In this document: piece after piece, positions 9,136 through 18,485 of the stretch
How the letters are laid out: every line of letters begins with the position of its first letter
Numbering within the stretch: the first letter of the stretch is position 1
NCBI GenBank assembly: GCA_051382305.1
Contig: JBBCAV010000405.1
Span: 1 to 35,640 of the forward strand
DNA from: Bdellovibrionota bacterium FG-2
Lineage (GTDB): Bacteria; Bdellovibrionota; UBA1018
Length of the DNA stretch: 35,640 bases
Direction of reading: 5' to 3'
The notes under the pieces: generated by a model
What the model saw: only the letters and a program-made list of their open reading frames with translations
What the model was told of the DNA's origin: nothing
Databases searched by the model: none
Position numbers and translations under genes: made by a program

Positions 9136-9887
9136 GGTTCGCTGGCCCCATGCGCGCGAAACAGGGGCAGTCCGCCGCTGACGGTGACTACGGATCCATT
9201 CATGTAACTCGTAACCGAGAGCAGGGGATCGAAAGCTTCGGCCACTTGGTCTGGCTCTCCCAGCATGTTCGCCGGTATGATGCTGCTGGCGCGCGTGACG
9301 TATTCTTCGTTTTTCCAAAATCTTCGCGTTCGGGCAGTTTTGATGATTCCCGGGCGCACAATGTTGGAGAAGATCCCAAACTCCCCATAGTCCACGGCGA
9401 GATTCAGAAACAGGGCTTCGAGTGCTGCTTTGGATAGACAGTAGGCGCCGTATTTACTCATGCCCGTAACGCAAGCAACGCTTGAAACAAAGACGAGTCG
9501 TCCCCACTTTTTTTCCATCATGGAGGGTAAGACTTGCCTGATGAGCCAGGTGTTGCCAAAAACATTTTCCGAGATGTATTCGTCAAAATTTGCTTCAGAG
9601 ATCTCATGAAACCGGCGCAATTTGACCACGCGCGAAGCAGCATTCAGCACGACCGCATCGAGGCCTTGTTTTAGGAGTTCCGCAAAATCGGCATGGCTGG
9701 CTTTGGGATTGTTCAGATCAAAGACTAATCCCGTGACTGCAAGACCTTGGGCTTGATATCTTTCCAGGGTTTCTCGCAGGCTCTTTTCGGTTGAAGAAGT
9801 AAGGATCACTTGGTCGCCCATTTTGAGGCGGCGTTTGGTGAACGCCAGGCTGATATCTGAGGAACCTCCGGTGATCAGAATTTTCAT
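9132..9887 (-). CDS. SDR oxidoreductase, FabG-like ketoreductase
   Basis: ILITGGSSDIS, LNAA, FVSS, catalytic YCLSK, PGIIKT; ATGA overlap with the ACP gene. Confidence 0.9.
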   Translation of the reverse strand: MKILITGGSSDISLAFTKRRLKMGDQVILTSSTEKSLRETLERYQAQGLAVTGLVFDLNNPKASHADFAELLKQGLDAVVLNAASRVVKLRRFHEISEANFDEYISENVFGNTWLIRQVLPSMMEKKWGRLVFVSSVACVTGMSKYGAYCLSKAALEALFLNLAVDYGEFGIFSNIVRPGIIKTARTRRFWKNEEYVTRASSIIPANMLGEPDQVAEAFDPLLSVTSYMNGSVVTVSGGLPLFRAHGASEP

Positions 9888-10114
9888 ATTGCCCCCAGTT
9901 TTTGAAGAAACGCTTGTAAGGTATTTAGGCTTTCAAAGGTTTGATCTTCGATGCTTGCAGCGCGGATTTTTATTTTGAATTCCTTCTCAAGTTCGGAGAC
10001 GGTCATGACCGCCATGAGGCTGTCAAAACCAAAGTCCACTAAATTTTGAGAAGGGTCGTCGGGGAGTTCTTCGAGACCTGCGCGTTTGATGGCATCGCGA
10101 ATTCTTGGAATCAT
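9884..10114 (-). CDS. Acyl carrier protein
   Basis: 76 aa, GFDSL phosphopantetheine site, ELEKEFKIKI. Confidence 0.9.
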   Translation of the reverse strand: MIPRIRDAIKRAGLEELPDDPSQNLVDFGFDSLMAVMTVSELEKEFKIKIRAASIEDQTFESLNTLQAFLQKLGAI

Positions 10115-10123
10115 GCCCTGAGG

Positions 10124-11398
10124 TTACCTCAATCGACGGGCGGGTGTCTTTAATTTTTTCAGTTCGGTTCGCATAAGTTTTCCGCTCGCATTTCGAGGCA
10201 GGGCCTGGATGAGGTAGATTTCTCGGGGTATCTTGTTGGGGGAAAGATTGTCCGAAATTTGGGCGAGAACTTTGTTTTTTTCGAGAATGACAGACGCAAT
10301 CAGGAACGCCGAAATCTTACTCCCGTACATTTGATCGTCTTCGATAAGTACAGCAGCATCAGTGACATCTGGAATATTTTTTAGTACTTGTTCAATCTCA
10401 GAGGGCCCGGTTCGCTCGCCGCCAACATTGAAAAGTTCGTCGATGCGTCCCGTGATTGAAACGAGACTCCCGTTGGATGTTTCAGGGGAAATTTCAGCAA
10501 GGTCGCCTGTATGAAGCCAGCCGTCTTCTAGTTTCTTAGCCGTTGTTTCAGGGTCGCCTAGGTAGCCCAGCATGATTTGGCTCCCGCGGACTTGAAGCTC
10601 GCCATCCGTGCCGAGTCGCACCTGCGTATCCCCGATAGGATAACCCACTCCGCGTTTGAAAAACGCAGGGTCGCGACTGGAGAAACATAGGATTCTTGGT
10701 GAGGCTTCTGTTTGACCGTAGTTGTTGTAAATCGTCGCCCGCGGAAATCTCTCGCGGAGGCGTTCACGCAGGCTCAAAGATAGCGGAGCGCCGGCCGAAA
10801 TGATATGTGTGATTTCGCTCTTGCCCGAATGAGTGGGCTCCGTGATTTTCAAAATCATTTCCCAGTGCGAAGGGACGCCACTCCACATGCCTGTTGCCGA
10901 CCCCCCGTCAAAGCAGCCTTTGATGTCAGTCATTTTAGTGAGGATGCGTGTGGGGATCTTGCATTGAAGTGCAGGCAGGAGTTGGCCTAAAAGACCATAG
11001 CAGTAGGAGAGGGGGAGAAAAAGTGTTTGCTCGCGAGCGGATATAAAATCCAACGACGCGATCACGCCTCGAGTGTTGGCCTCAATATTTTTGCGTGAGA
11101 GTTGAACAGCTTTGGGGGTGCCAGTGCTACCTGAGGTAAACAAAATGACGGCTGTTTCATGATGGCAAGGCGTTTGAAGGAGCGCTGCGCGGGATTGCGT
11201 TTCTGCAACGCTCCACTGGGGAGAAAAAATGGCGGCCGGACGACCTGTCTCGAGACAGGCGAGAAACTGGACAATAAAATCAAGAGTAGGCGTTGCGGTG
11301 AGGATCTGAACGCCTTTATGGGGTACAGTTTCCGTTCGCACCCTATTTTGAAGTTCTTCAAATGTGACGTTTTCTTTACCGCAGATCAACGCTATCAT
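10124..11398 (-). CDS. ANL-family adenylate-forming enzyme (acyl-CoA/ACP ligase), compact
   Basis: FTSGSTGTPK, YGQTE, LHTGDL, GRIDELFNVGGE, PRNASGK. Confidence 0.92.
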   Translation of the reverse strand: MIALICGKENVTFEELQNRVRTETVPHKGVQILTATPTLDFIVQFLACLETGRPAAIFSPQWSVAETQSRAALLQTPCHHETAVILFTSGSTGTPKAVQLSRKNIEANTRGVIASLDFISAREQTLFLPLSYCYGLLGQLLPALQCKIPTRILTKMTDIKGCFDGGSATGMWSGVPSHWEMILKITEPTHSGKSEITHIISAGAPLSLSLRERLRERFPRATIYNNYGQTEASPRILCFSSRDPAFFKRGVGYPIGDTQVRLGTDGELQVRGSQIMLGYLGDPETTAKKLEDGWLHTGDLAEISPETSNGSLVSITGRIDELFNVGGERTGPSEIEQVLKNIPDVTDAAVLIEDDQMYGSKISAFLIASVILEKNKVLAQISDNLSPNKIPREIYLIQALPRNASGKLMRTELKKLKTPARRLR

Positions 11399-11435
11399 TG
11401 AGAGCAATTATGAAGGTTTTGACTCCAAGTCTCAA
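11393..11435. promoter_or_regulatory. Overlapping divergent promoters embedded in the two start regions
   Basis: Minus: TTGAGA(11435-30)-17-CATAAT(11412-07), 8 nt before ATG 11398. Plus: TATCAT(11393-98), no clear -35. Confidence 0.5.
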
Positions 11436-12495
11436 ACTAAATATCAAAGGATTCGGGCGCGCTTGGCCTGAGGGGGCGGCCATCACAAATTTGGCCTTGC
11501 TCGAGCAACATCCGGATACGGCCGCGCAGCCCAAACCGTTTCTAGAGGAACTCGCAAAACGAGTGGCGCGAATATATGGTTTTAGTGAGCGCTACCTCAC
11601 GCATTTCCCGGGGACGCCTTTTTCGGCCGTAGAAGAAACGTCTGAGTCTTTGTGCTTAAAGGCTGTGAAGAAGGCGCTCGGCGTCGGGGCTGTTATCGGG
11701 AGCGTGCTTGCAGGCACGCCAGAGGCTTTTGTTCTTGGAACGACAACGACCCGCCGCTATACGGGATCCCAGGCAACTTCGGTTCTCGGAAACTTTGATC
11801 TTCAGATCCCGGCCTACGAGATCAAGGCTGGGTGTTCGACGTCGCTGGCGAGTTTGCACTTTGCGCAGGCGTTGTTTGCGCAGGGCTACGAGAGTGTGCT
11901 GGTGAGTTGTGCGGAGACATTGTCGAAAGTTATCAACCCGGCTGTTCGCGAAACGTGGTTTGGCCTAGCTGATGGCGGAGCGGCAATTTGGCTAGGGAAG
12001 GCGTCTGAGGGATGCCAAGAAGGCGGGGGGGCGAGTAGGGCTCAGTTCGAAATTCTCAAATCCGTTTACTCAACCCATGGAAAATACGTTGACATGTATA
12101 CCACCCAAGGCGATTTGCCTCCTCGCGCTGAAACGCTTGAGGCAGGCGGATATTATTTGAGCGGGGATTCTTCGGAGCTTAGAGAGATTGCGAAAAAGCA
12201 TTACCTCGCAATGATTGAGGCGCTTTTGCCGGAGGAAAGAGATCGCAAGGCAATCACCCAGATTATTCCACATCAAGTGAATCGTGAACTCATTGATCAG
12301 GTGGTTCGCGAGACGGGGCTGGGGGGAAAGTTAAACTGGAGTGCCGGAGAATTTGGAAACCTTGGGGGCGCTTCCGTGCTCTTTACTTTATCTCAGGCGC
12401 TTGAGGAAAATCGGTTTAAAGCTGGAGATCTGATTTTGTTGATGAGTGTGGGAGGGGGCCTGTCGTTTGCCGCGCAGCTCTGGCGGTGGGGTTGA
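11410..12495 (+). CDS. 3-oxoacyl-ACP synthase III-like enzyme #2, divergent
   Basis: Triad KAGCSTS / PHQVN / GNLGGAS; LADGGAA; GDLILLMSVGGGL. Confidence 0.88.
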   Translation: MKVLTPSLKLNIKGFGRAWPEGAAITNLALLEQHPDTAAQPKPFLEELAKRVARIYGFSERYLTHFPGTPFSAVEETSESLCLKAVKKALGVGAVIGSVLAGTPEAFVLGTTTTRRYTGSQATSVLGNFDLQIPAYEIKAGCSTSLASLHFAQALFAQGYESVLVSCAETLSKVINPAVRETWFGLADGGAAIWLGKASEGCQEGGGASRAQFEILKSVYSTHGKYVDMYTTQGDLPPRAETLEAGGYYLSGDSSELREIAKKHYLAMIEALLPEERDRKAITQIIPHQVNRELIDQVVRETGLGGKLNWSAGEFGNLGGASVLFTLSQALEENRFKAGDLILLMSVGGGLSFAAQLWRWG

Positions 12496-12631
12496 AAAAG
12501 TTAGGGCACCTGATTAGTCCATAATTCGATCCTACGATCTGGATTCCATAGACCTTTCTAGTTAATTTGGGCGCAAGCTGGGTCCATATCTTGCTTTATG
12601 GTCCAGAACAATCTAAATACTCAGGAGCCAT

Positions 12632-13045
12632 ATGCCAAAAAAGAACGTTGCCAAAAAGACTGATGCGACACCCAGTTTTCTGTCCAGTGCCAAAGACCTC
12701 CCTGCAACTCAGGGAATGCTGCAACTCGTGCGCGCTGAGCTTAAGGCTGATATTCGAAGTTTAAGTTCGGAAATGAAGGCGGGTTTTAATCAAATCGACT
12801 CTAAGTTCAGTCAGGTTGATTCTAAGTTCAGTCAGGTTGACTCAAGATTTAATCAAGTCGACTCGAAACTTGAACGTGTCCTTTCCGATGTCGCGCGAAT
12901 CGGGGTCATAGTCGAAGAACAGAATGCAAATAACCGTGTGGTCTTGGAAGGCTTAACTGGATTTTGGCAACGCCAAGAACGGGTTGAAACGCGGGTCGAT
13001 GAATGGGAGAAACTGCTACGTTCTATTGCGCAACTGAGACCGTAG
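12632..13045 (+). CDS. Coiled-coil heptad-repeat hypothetical protein
   Basis: SD AGGAG; four F(N/S)Q(I/V)DS(K/R) heptads. Confidence 0.75.
   Translation: MPKKNVAKKTDATPSFLSSAKDLPATQGMLQLVRAELKADIRSLSSEMKAGFNQIDSKFSQVDSKFSQVDSRFNQVDSKLERVLSDVARIGVIVEEQNANNRVVLEGLTGFWQRQERVETRVDEWEKLLRSIAQLRP
12785..12868 (+). repeat. 4 x 21-bp coding tandem repeat
   Basis: tttaatcaaatcgactctaag / ttcagtcaggttgattctaag / ttcagtcaggttgactcaaga / tttaatcaagtcgactcgaaa. Confidence 0.9.
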
Positions 13046-13071
13046 AATGGCTTGGCACTGCAAGACAGTCT

Positions 13072-13740
13072 TCAATTCAACTGCCCATCTCTCATCTCAA
13101 GTCTTCGCGAAACCCGATCGACTAATTTGCCGTCATGAGTCGAAAATAAAAAAGTCACCTTGAACTCCTGATTAAGCCGCTCAAAAAGTTCGATCAGCTG
13201 ATAGGCGGTTTTTGAATCGAGGTTTGCCGTGGGTTCGTCGGCAAAAACGATGTCGGGTTGAGTCGCCAGGGCACGGGCGACGGCGACGCGTTGCTGCTGT
13301 CCCCCACTGAGTTGGGAGGGGAGTCTCGCGAGTTTATCGCCTAGCCCCACAGTCCTAAGGGCATCTGTGGCGCGGGCTCTCGCCTGTGTCCGATCATCGC
13401 CGCGCATGACGCTTGTGTATTCGACATTTTCAACGGCCGTGAGCACGGGAAAAAGATTGTAGGATTGAAAAACGAAGCCCAGGTGCTTGCGCCTAAAGAG
13501 GCAAAGCTGTTTTTGAGAGAGATGCACAATCGATTGGCCCGCAATCAGAATGTCACCACGGGTGGGGCGGTCCAGGCCAGAAGCGAGATTGAGCAGCGAC
13601 GTTTTGCCGCTGCCCGATGGCCCCATTAATGCCGCAAAAACACCACGCTCCAGGCAAAAAGAAACCCGGTCCACGGCCTGAACCGGGGGTTCGCCGGGGT
13701 AGGTTTTTTCGATATTGCGGAACTCAAGAACTTGCGGCAT
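13072..13740 (-). CDS. ABC transporter ATP-binding protein, LolD/MacB type
   Basis: GPSGSGKT, LGFVFQSYNL, LSGGQQQR, ADEPTANLD, STHD. Confidence 0.95.
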   Translation of the reverse strand: MPQVLEFRNIEKTYPGEPPVQAVDRVSFCLERGVFAALMGPSGSGKTSLLNLASGLDRPTRGDILIAGQSIVHLSQKQLCLFRRKHLGFVFQSYNLFPVLTAVENVEYTSVMRGDDRTQARARATDALRTVGLGDKLARLPSQLSGGQQQRVAVARALATQPDIVFADEPTANLDSKTAYQLIELFERLNQEFKVTFLFSTHDGKLVDRVSRRLEMRDGQLN

Positions 13741-13809
13741 TGGACTTCCAGTATATCTTTATTATTGCCCAGTTTCCAGAGCGGTGTGATTTGTGCTTAA
13801 ATCATTTAA

Positions 13810-15042
13810 ATGCTTCTGATTGCCAAGATTGCCTATCGTAACTTGATCCGTCATTTGCGCCGTACTGTGCTTACGGTTGCGAGTATATCGTTTGGGTTAG
13901 CTGTTATTTTGTGGTTGCAGTGCCTGTTGGCGGGGCGCAATCAAACGATTATTAAGTCAATTACCTCGACCTATATTGGCCAGGTTCAAGTCTTTAAAAA
14001 AGAGTATCTCAAAGACCGCGTGATAAATTTCACTTTTCCGGGTGTGCCTCCAGGATTTGCCGAGATGCTACCTCAAGGCTCACATTTTAGCCCCCGGATG
14101 CATTTGCCGGCCCTTGTGTCTAGTGGGGAGGCGTCGACTCCGATTGTGCTTGAAGGAATTGAGCCCGAAGCCGAGAGCGCGATCACGACGATTCGGACAA
14201 GCTTAAAAGAGGGCGCTTTTTTAGATCCCGATCCGACTCCTGATTGTCAGTCTCGCCAGATATACATTGGGAAGGCGATGGCGGACCTTTTGAATGTCAA
14301 AGTGGGAAACAAGATCGTGATCTTGGCGCAAGCCACAGATGGCAGTCTGGGGAACGATCTTTTTAGAGTCAAAGGAATCTATGATAGCGGCTCGCCACAA
14401 TTTAATAAAACCTTTGCGTTTGCCCCGGCGAGTTGTGTGAAAAAAGTTGGGGTCTTGGCGGGCATCCATGAAATCACGATTCAGTTGCCGACGGAAGTGA
14501 GCGACACGCGGGTGCAGGAAATTCTCAAAGCCCATTTGCCTCCCGAATTTACGGTTACGACCTGGAGGCAGGCGGTGCCGAATATGGCGGCGATGGTTAA
14601 GTTTAACGATGCCATGCTGCTGATGATTTCGACGATCTTGTTTACGGTCATCACTTTTGGGATCGTCAATTCGCTTCTCATGAGCGTCTTTGAAAGAACG
14701 CGGGAATTCGGCACGATGATTTCGCTGGGTACGACTCCAGGCCAAGTGCGAACGATGGTCGTGGCTGAAAGTCTATTTATGGCGCTGGCGTCTGCACTCT
14801 TCGGTATCGTGCTCGGAGGGGCGGCCGTTCTCTACCATCAAAAATTCGGTTTTGATTTGCGGCCCTTTTTGGGAGAAGCCAAGTCGATTGATAATTTCCA
14901 GCTCGAACTCACGATTTATCCGGCGTTTGAGTTTATTGCGTTCTTGAAAGCGACGTTTGTCACGATCTTTGTCGTTCTTTGTGCGGGACTTTATCCTGCG
15001 ATTCGTGCATCAAAGCTTAATCCGCATGACGCGATGAGATGA
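13810..15042 (+). CDS. ABC permease, FtsX/LolC-E type
   Basis: IAYRNLIRHLRRTVLT, large periplasmic domain, SVFERTREFG, YPAIRASKLNP. Confidence 0.93.
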   Translation: MLLIAKIAYRNLIRHLRRTVLTVASISFGLAVILWLQCLLAGRNQTIIKSITSTYIGQVQVFKKEYLKDRVINFTFPGVPPGFAEMLPQGSHFSPRMHLPALVSSGEASTPIVLEGIEPEAESAITTIRTSLKEGAFLDPDPTPDCQSRQIYIGKAMADLLNVKVGNKIVILAQATDGSLGNDLFRVKGIYDSGSPQFNKTFAFAPASCVKKVGVLAGIHEITIQLPTEVSDTRVQEILKAHLPPEFTVTTWRQAVPNMAAMVKFNDAMLLMISTILFTVITFGIVNSLLMSVFERTREFGTMISLGTTPGQVRTMVVAESLFMALASALFGIVLGGAAVLYHQKFGFDLRPFLGEAKSIDNFQLELTIYPAFEFIAFLKATFVTIFVVLCAGLYPAIRASKLNPHDAMR

Positions 15043-15064
15043 TTCTATTAGAGGGACTTGAAAG

Positions 15065-15811
15065 ATGATAAAACTCATACTTTTTACGTTTTTGTTCGGG
15101 CATGCCGCTTGGGCCTCACCCGCCGATGATCTCGTGGCGAAGTCCGAAGTTCAAACCCGTGGGAAAACCTTTCAGGGTGAAGTCACGATGCAGGTTGAGC
15201 GCGGGGACGCAAAACGGACGATGGTGATGAATATCATGAGTGTGGGGCGTGAGAAGGCCTATGTAAAGATCAGAAAACCTTCAAAAGACCGAGATTCTGG
15301 CAATTTAAGGCTTGATCTGAATTTGTGGCAATACTTGGCGAACATCGAGAGAGTAATCAAGATCCCCCCGAGTATGATGCTGCAGAGCTGGATGGGCTCG
15401 GATTTTACGAATGATGATCTCGTCAAATCCAGCAGTTTGAGTGCGGATTACACCCATAAAATTCTCGCACGAGAGCCCCGGTCCGGATTTTCGGCGGTAA
15501 AAATCGAATGTATTCCAAAGCCTGATGCCCCGGTGGTTTGGGGGAAAATTATTCTTTGGGTTCGAGACAAAGACGCGGTTCCTCTAGCACAAGAATTTTA
15601 TGCAGAGGGCGGGGAGTTGCTTAAGCAGATGGAGGGGCAGGAGATCAAAACGTTTGGTACTCACACGATTCCTACGACACTGGTCATGAAGAACCTAAAA
15701 AACCCAAGTAGCAAAGACTCCAAAACGACCATGCATTATGACAAAGTGGTCTTTGATGAACCCCTCAAGGATTCGGTGTTTACTCAGGAAAATCTTCGGA
15801 AACCGCTGTGA
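15065..15811 (+). CDS. Outer-membrane lipoprotein-sorting protein (LolA-like)
   Basis: Signal peptide; RVIKIPPSMMLQSWMGSDFTNDDL; C-terminal FTQENL. Confidence 0.88.
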   Translation: MIKLILFTFLFGHAAWASPADDLVAKSEVQTRGKTFQGEVTMQVERGDAKRTMVMNIMSVGREKAYVKIRKPSKDRDSGNLRLDLNLWQYLANIERVIKIPPSMMLQSWMGSDFTNDDLVKSSSLSADYTHKILAREPRSGFSAVKIECIPKPDAPVVWGKIILWVRDKDAVPLAQEFYAEGGELLKQMEGQEIKTFGTHTIPTTLVMKNLKNPSSKDSKTTMHYDKVVFDEPLKDSVFTQENLRKPL

Positions 15812-16905
15812 CGCTGTCTGCTTGGGTGATCATCCTTAATGTCGGATTGAACTTCATTTACGGGGTGATGCTGCCGCTCATTCCAACGTTAAATGTAGAG
15901 AATGCAGGCTTTGCGTTTTCGGCCTTTGCCTTAGCTAAGGTTTTTTGCCTGCCTTTTGCGGGGATCATTGGGGATCGCATTGGACACTCGCGCGGGCTCG
16001 CACTCACATTAATCTTGCAGGTTGTTGCGCTTATATGCATGCTGGTTTTGCCAGAGTTTGCCTGGATCGGGCGGATCTTTGAAGGCGCGGCTCTTGCGCA
16101 AGGAATGGTGTCCGCGGTTTCACTGCTTCGTATCAAAACCTCCGATCCCATGCATTTCTCCAAATCTATTTCCAGACTCATGAGTGGCGGGGCGCTAGGG
16201 TTCATTGTTGGGCCTTTGTTGGGGTATCTGCTTTTGCCGTGGGGTTCGACGCTTATTCTGCTTATTTTGCTCGGAGTTTCTGGTGTATTGTTGGGGGCGC
16301 ATCTTTTACGTTTTGTCACTTTGGAGGCCCCTGTAGCGGCGGCTCAAGAGAGTGTGCCGCGTATGCCTCGCATGCCTCGCATGAATGTAGAGTTCTTTGA
16401 TCGCTCGATGTTGTTCACTGTTTTAGGTTTTGCCGCAGCCAAAGTTCTTGGAGTAGGGCTTCAGCCGAATCTCGCTTGGTGGGCCAATCATGACGTGGGT
16501 CTAAGTGCGACGCTCTCGGGGGCGAGTTTCATCTTGATGGGCGTTGGATTTGCGGTAGGTGCCGCCAAACAGTTTCGGGGGTTTGGTTATCTTCCGATAT
16601 TGGGTTTGTTGTTCTTGGAACTGGCGATTCACGGACAGCCCGCATTTTGGTGGGGGGCCGTACCACTGCTTGGATATTGGTTTGGCTGCTACGTGACCAC
16701 TGCCGTGTCAAAGTTGGGTTGGAATCGGCCGGAAAATATTGGGCGATTTAATTCGAAGTGGATGCTTTTTACTGATTTTCCGATGGCACTCGTTCCCATG
16801 CTCGTTTGGCAATGGCGGGCGCCCGAGCCTTCGGCATCAAGGTTGCTCTTTGAGTTAGGGTTTGCCGTACTGGCCCTTTCGGGGCTTTCTCGCCGTAACA
16901 GATAG
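15808..16905 (+). CDS. MFS transporter, divergent
   Basis: Motif A-like GIIGDRIGHSR, GRIFEG, GFIVGPLLG; many TM helices; GTGA coupling. Confidence 0.82.
   Translation: MTLSAWVIILNVGLNFIYGVMLPLIPTLNVENAGFAFSAFALAKVFCLPFAGIIGDRIGHSRGLALTLILQVVALICMLVLPEFAWIGRIFEGAALAQGMVSAVSLLRIKTSDPMHFSKSISRLMSGGALGFIVGPLLGYLLLPWGSTLILLILLGVSGVLLGAHLLRFVTLEAPVAAAQESVPRMPRMPRMNVEFFDRSMLFTVLGFAAAKVLGVGLQPNLAWWANHDVGLSATLSGASFILMGVGFAVGAAKQFRGFGYLPILGLLFLELAIHGQPAFWWGAVPLLGYWFGCYVTTAVSKLGWNRPENIGRFNSKWMLFTDFPMALVPMLVWQWRAPEPSASRLLFELGFAVLALSGLSRRNR
16357..16383 (+). repeat. 3 x 9-bp coding repeat (PRM)3 in the MFS central loop
   Basis: ccgcgtatg cctcgcatg cctcgcatg. Confidence 0.8.
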
Positions 16906-16924
16906 GCCTATGAGGGAGATATTG

Positions 16925-18481
16925 ATGTTCACACGAATACTAGTCCTAGGCAGTACTTGGCTCAAATATCGCGCGTTTGTGCGTGATACTCAAGATCCGA
17001 TCAAAGCCAAAACGCGCGTTTGGAAAGAGACCTGGAATGAAATCCGGGACGCTCCGTATTGGAGGCAGAGGTTCCCTGCGAGTCATCCGGGTTCAAAGCT
17101 TGAAGATTTTGAGCTGACGAGCTTTGAAGACTACCGAGAGGCATTGGATGAGTCGTTTCAAGGCGAGCTTTCGAAGATTTCAGGAAAGAAGATCCTATTC
17201 TGGTCGGAGAGTTCCGCCACTTCTGGTCGGCGCAAACTGTTTCCCATCACGCCCCTTTATCGGGAACAGTTCCAGCGCACGACGGCGCCGCTTTTGCACA
17301 GTTTTGCGCGTGAGTTTACCGGATTTTTGGGGAAACCTGTCTTGTATTTTGCGGGAATGCTGCCTTCGGAGCGCTCACCCGCTGGGATTGATATGGGGTT
17401 CATCAGCAACTTCAATTATCGGCATATTCCTAAGGCACTTCAAAAACATTATGCGTTTCCACTTGAGGTGTTTCGCAATTGGGAAACGTTTTCAAATTGG
17501 GCCGGGCTGTATGCGGTTGCAGGTGATTTGTCGGCGATGATTGGAATTTCTCCATCGGTCATTGAGATTTTTGCGGAGAATCTGGAGCGAAGAATCGAGG
17601 AATTCTGGCCTTACCTTGAAGGAACGCGCCAGCCGCCTGCGCCCTTTCCGCCCATCCAATGCGGCCCTGCTCGTTTGGCGCTCTTGAAGAAGGCATTTGC
17701 AAAGAAGCCCTTTTCTTTTCGTGAGGTCTGGCCATCTCTTCAGTTCGTTTGCTGTTGGAAGACAGCCGGTTGCTCCATGCAACTGCCGAAATTGGAGCGA
17801 TACTTGGGAGGGGTGCCGACGGTGGATGCGACCTATTCAGCAACCGAAGGCTGGGTCAATGTGCCGCTCAATCCAAGATCGGTGGGTGGGCCCATTCATC
17901 CGGGGGCTCACATTTTTGAGTTTCTCAAAGTCGTGGGCGCATTTGCAGATGCGCCTGCCGCAGTCCCGAGAAAAGAAGACCTAAAACAGTGCTGGGAGTT
18001 GGAGATCGGCGCAAGTTATGAAATCGTTTTGACGACGGCTATGGGATTGATTCGATATCGTCTTGGGGATTTTGTTAAATGCACGGGCTATTTTAACCGC
18101 ACGGCGGTGATTGAATTTACGCAAAAAGGCAATAATGAGGTGAGGCTTGGGCTCACGGGGATTTCGGAGGCGCAGTTAATTGAAGCTATGAAAAAAACGG
18201 ATTTTGCGGTTTCAGGGCGCTGGATTTTTGGGCCGAACAAGGAGGGGGATCGGTTGGTGTTTTATTGCGAAAAAGTGACGTCGGCGATTCAGGCTGCGAT
18301 CCCCAAAATTCATGATGCCCTGTTGGCAATGAATCGGTACTACGCACGTGACATTACGAGGGGCTTACTTAAGTCAGTTGAGATTCAGGAATTGCCGGCC
18401 GGACACGCCATTTTTGGCGTACTTGTGCATTCCCAGTCCAAGCCCAAGATCCTGGCACTGAATCCTCCGGGAGAATTTTGA
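16925..18481 (+). CDS. GH3-family acyl-acid amido synthetase
   Basis: GH3 motifs SSATSGRRKLFP, YSATEG, GLIRYRLGD; SD GAGGGAG before ATG 16925. Confidence 0.88.
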   Translation: MFTRILVLGSTWLKYRAFVRDTQDPIKAKTRVWKETWNEIRDAPYWRQRFPASHPGSKLEDFELTSFEDYREALDESFQGELSKISGKKILFWSESSATSGRRKLFPITPLYREQFQRTTAPLLHSFAREFTGFLGKPVLYFAGMLPSERSPAGIDMGFISNFNYRHIPKALQKHYAFPLEVFRNWETFSNWAGLYAVAGDLSAMIGISPSVIEIFAENLERRIEEFWPYLEGTRQPPAPFPPIQCGPARLALLKKAFAKKPFSFREVWPSLQFVCCWKTAGCSMQLPKLERYLGGVPTVDATYSATEGWVNVPLNPRSVGGPIHPGAHIFEFLKVVGAFADAPAAVPRKEDLKQCWELEIGASYEIVLTTAMGLIRYRLGDFVKCTGYFNRTAVIEFTQKGNNEVRLGLTGISEAQLIEAMKKTDFAVSGRWIFGPNKEGDRLVFYCEKVTSAIQAAIPKIHDALLAMNRYYARDITRGLLKSVEIQELPAGHAIFGVLVHSQSKPKILALNPPGEF

Positions 18482-18485
18482 GTCG

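Noticed and set aside
9136-9318. N-terminal extension of the 405-aa KAS III ORF
   Set aside because: Lies inside the SDR gene in another frame; TTG 9135 gives a normal length and translational coupling.
8101-12495. Housekeeping fatty-acid synthesis (fab) operon
   Set aside because: No plsX, fabD or fabF; atypical ACP, dedicated ligase and second KAS III point to a specialised pathway.
12785-12868. Possible CRISPR-like array
   Set aside because: Adjacent in-frame units with no spacers and no cas genes.
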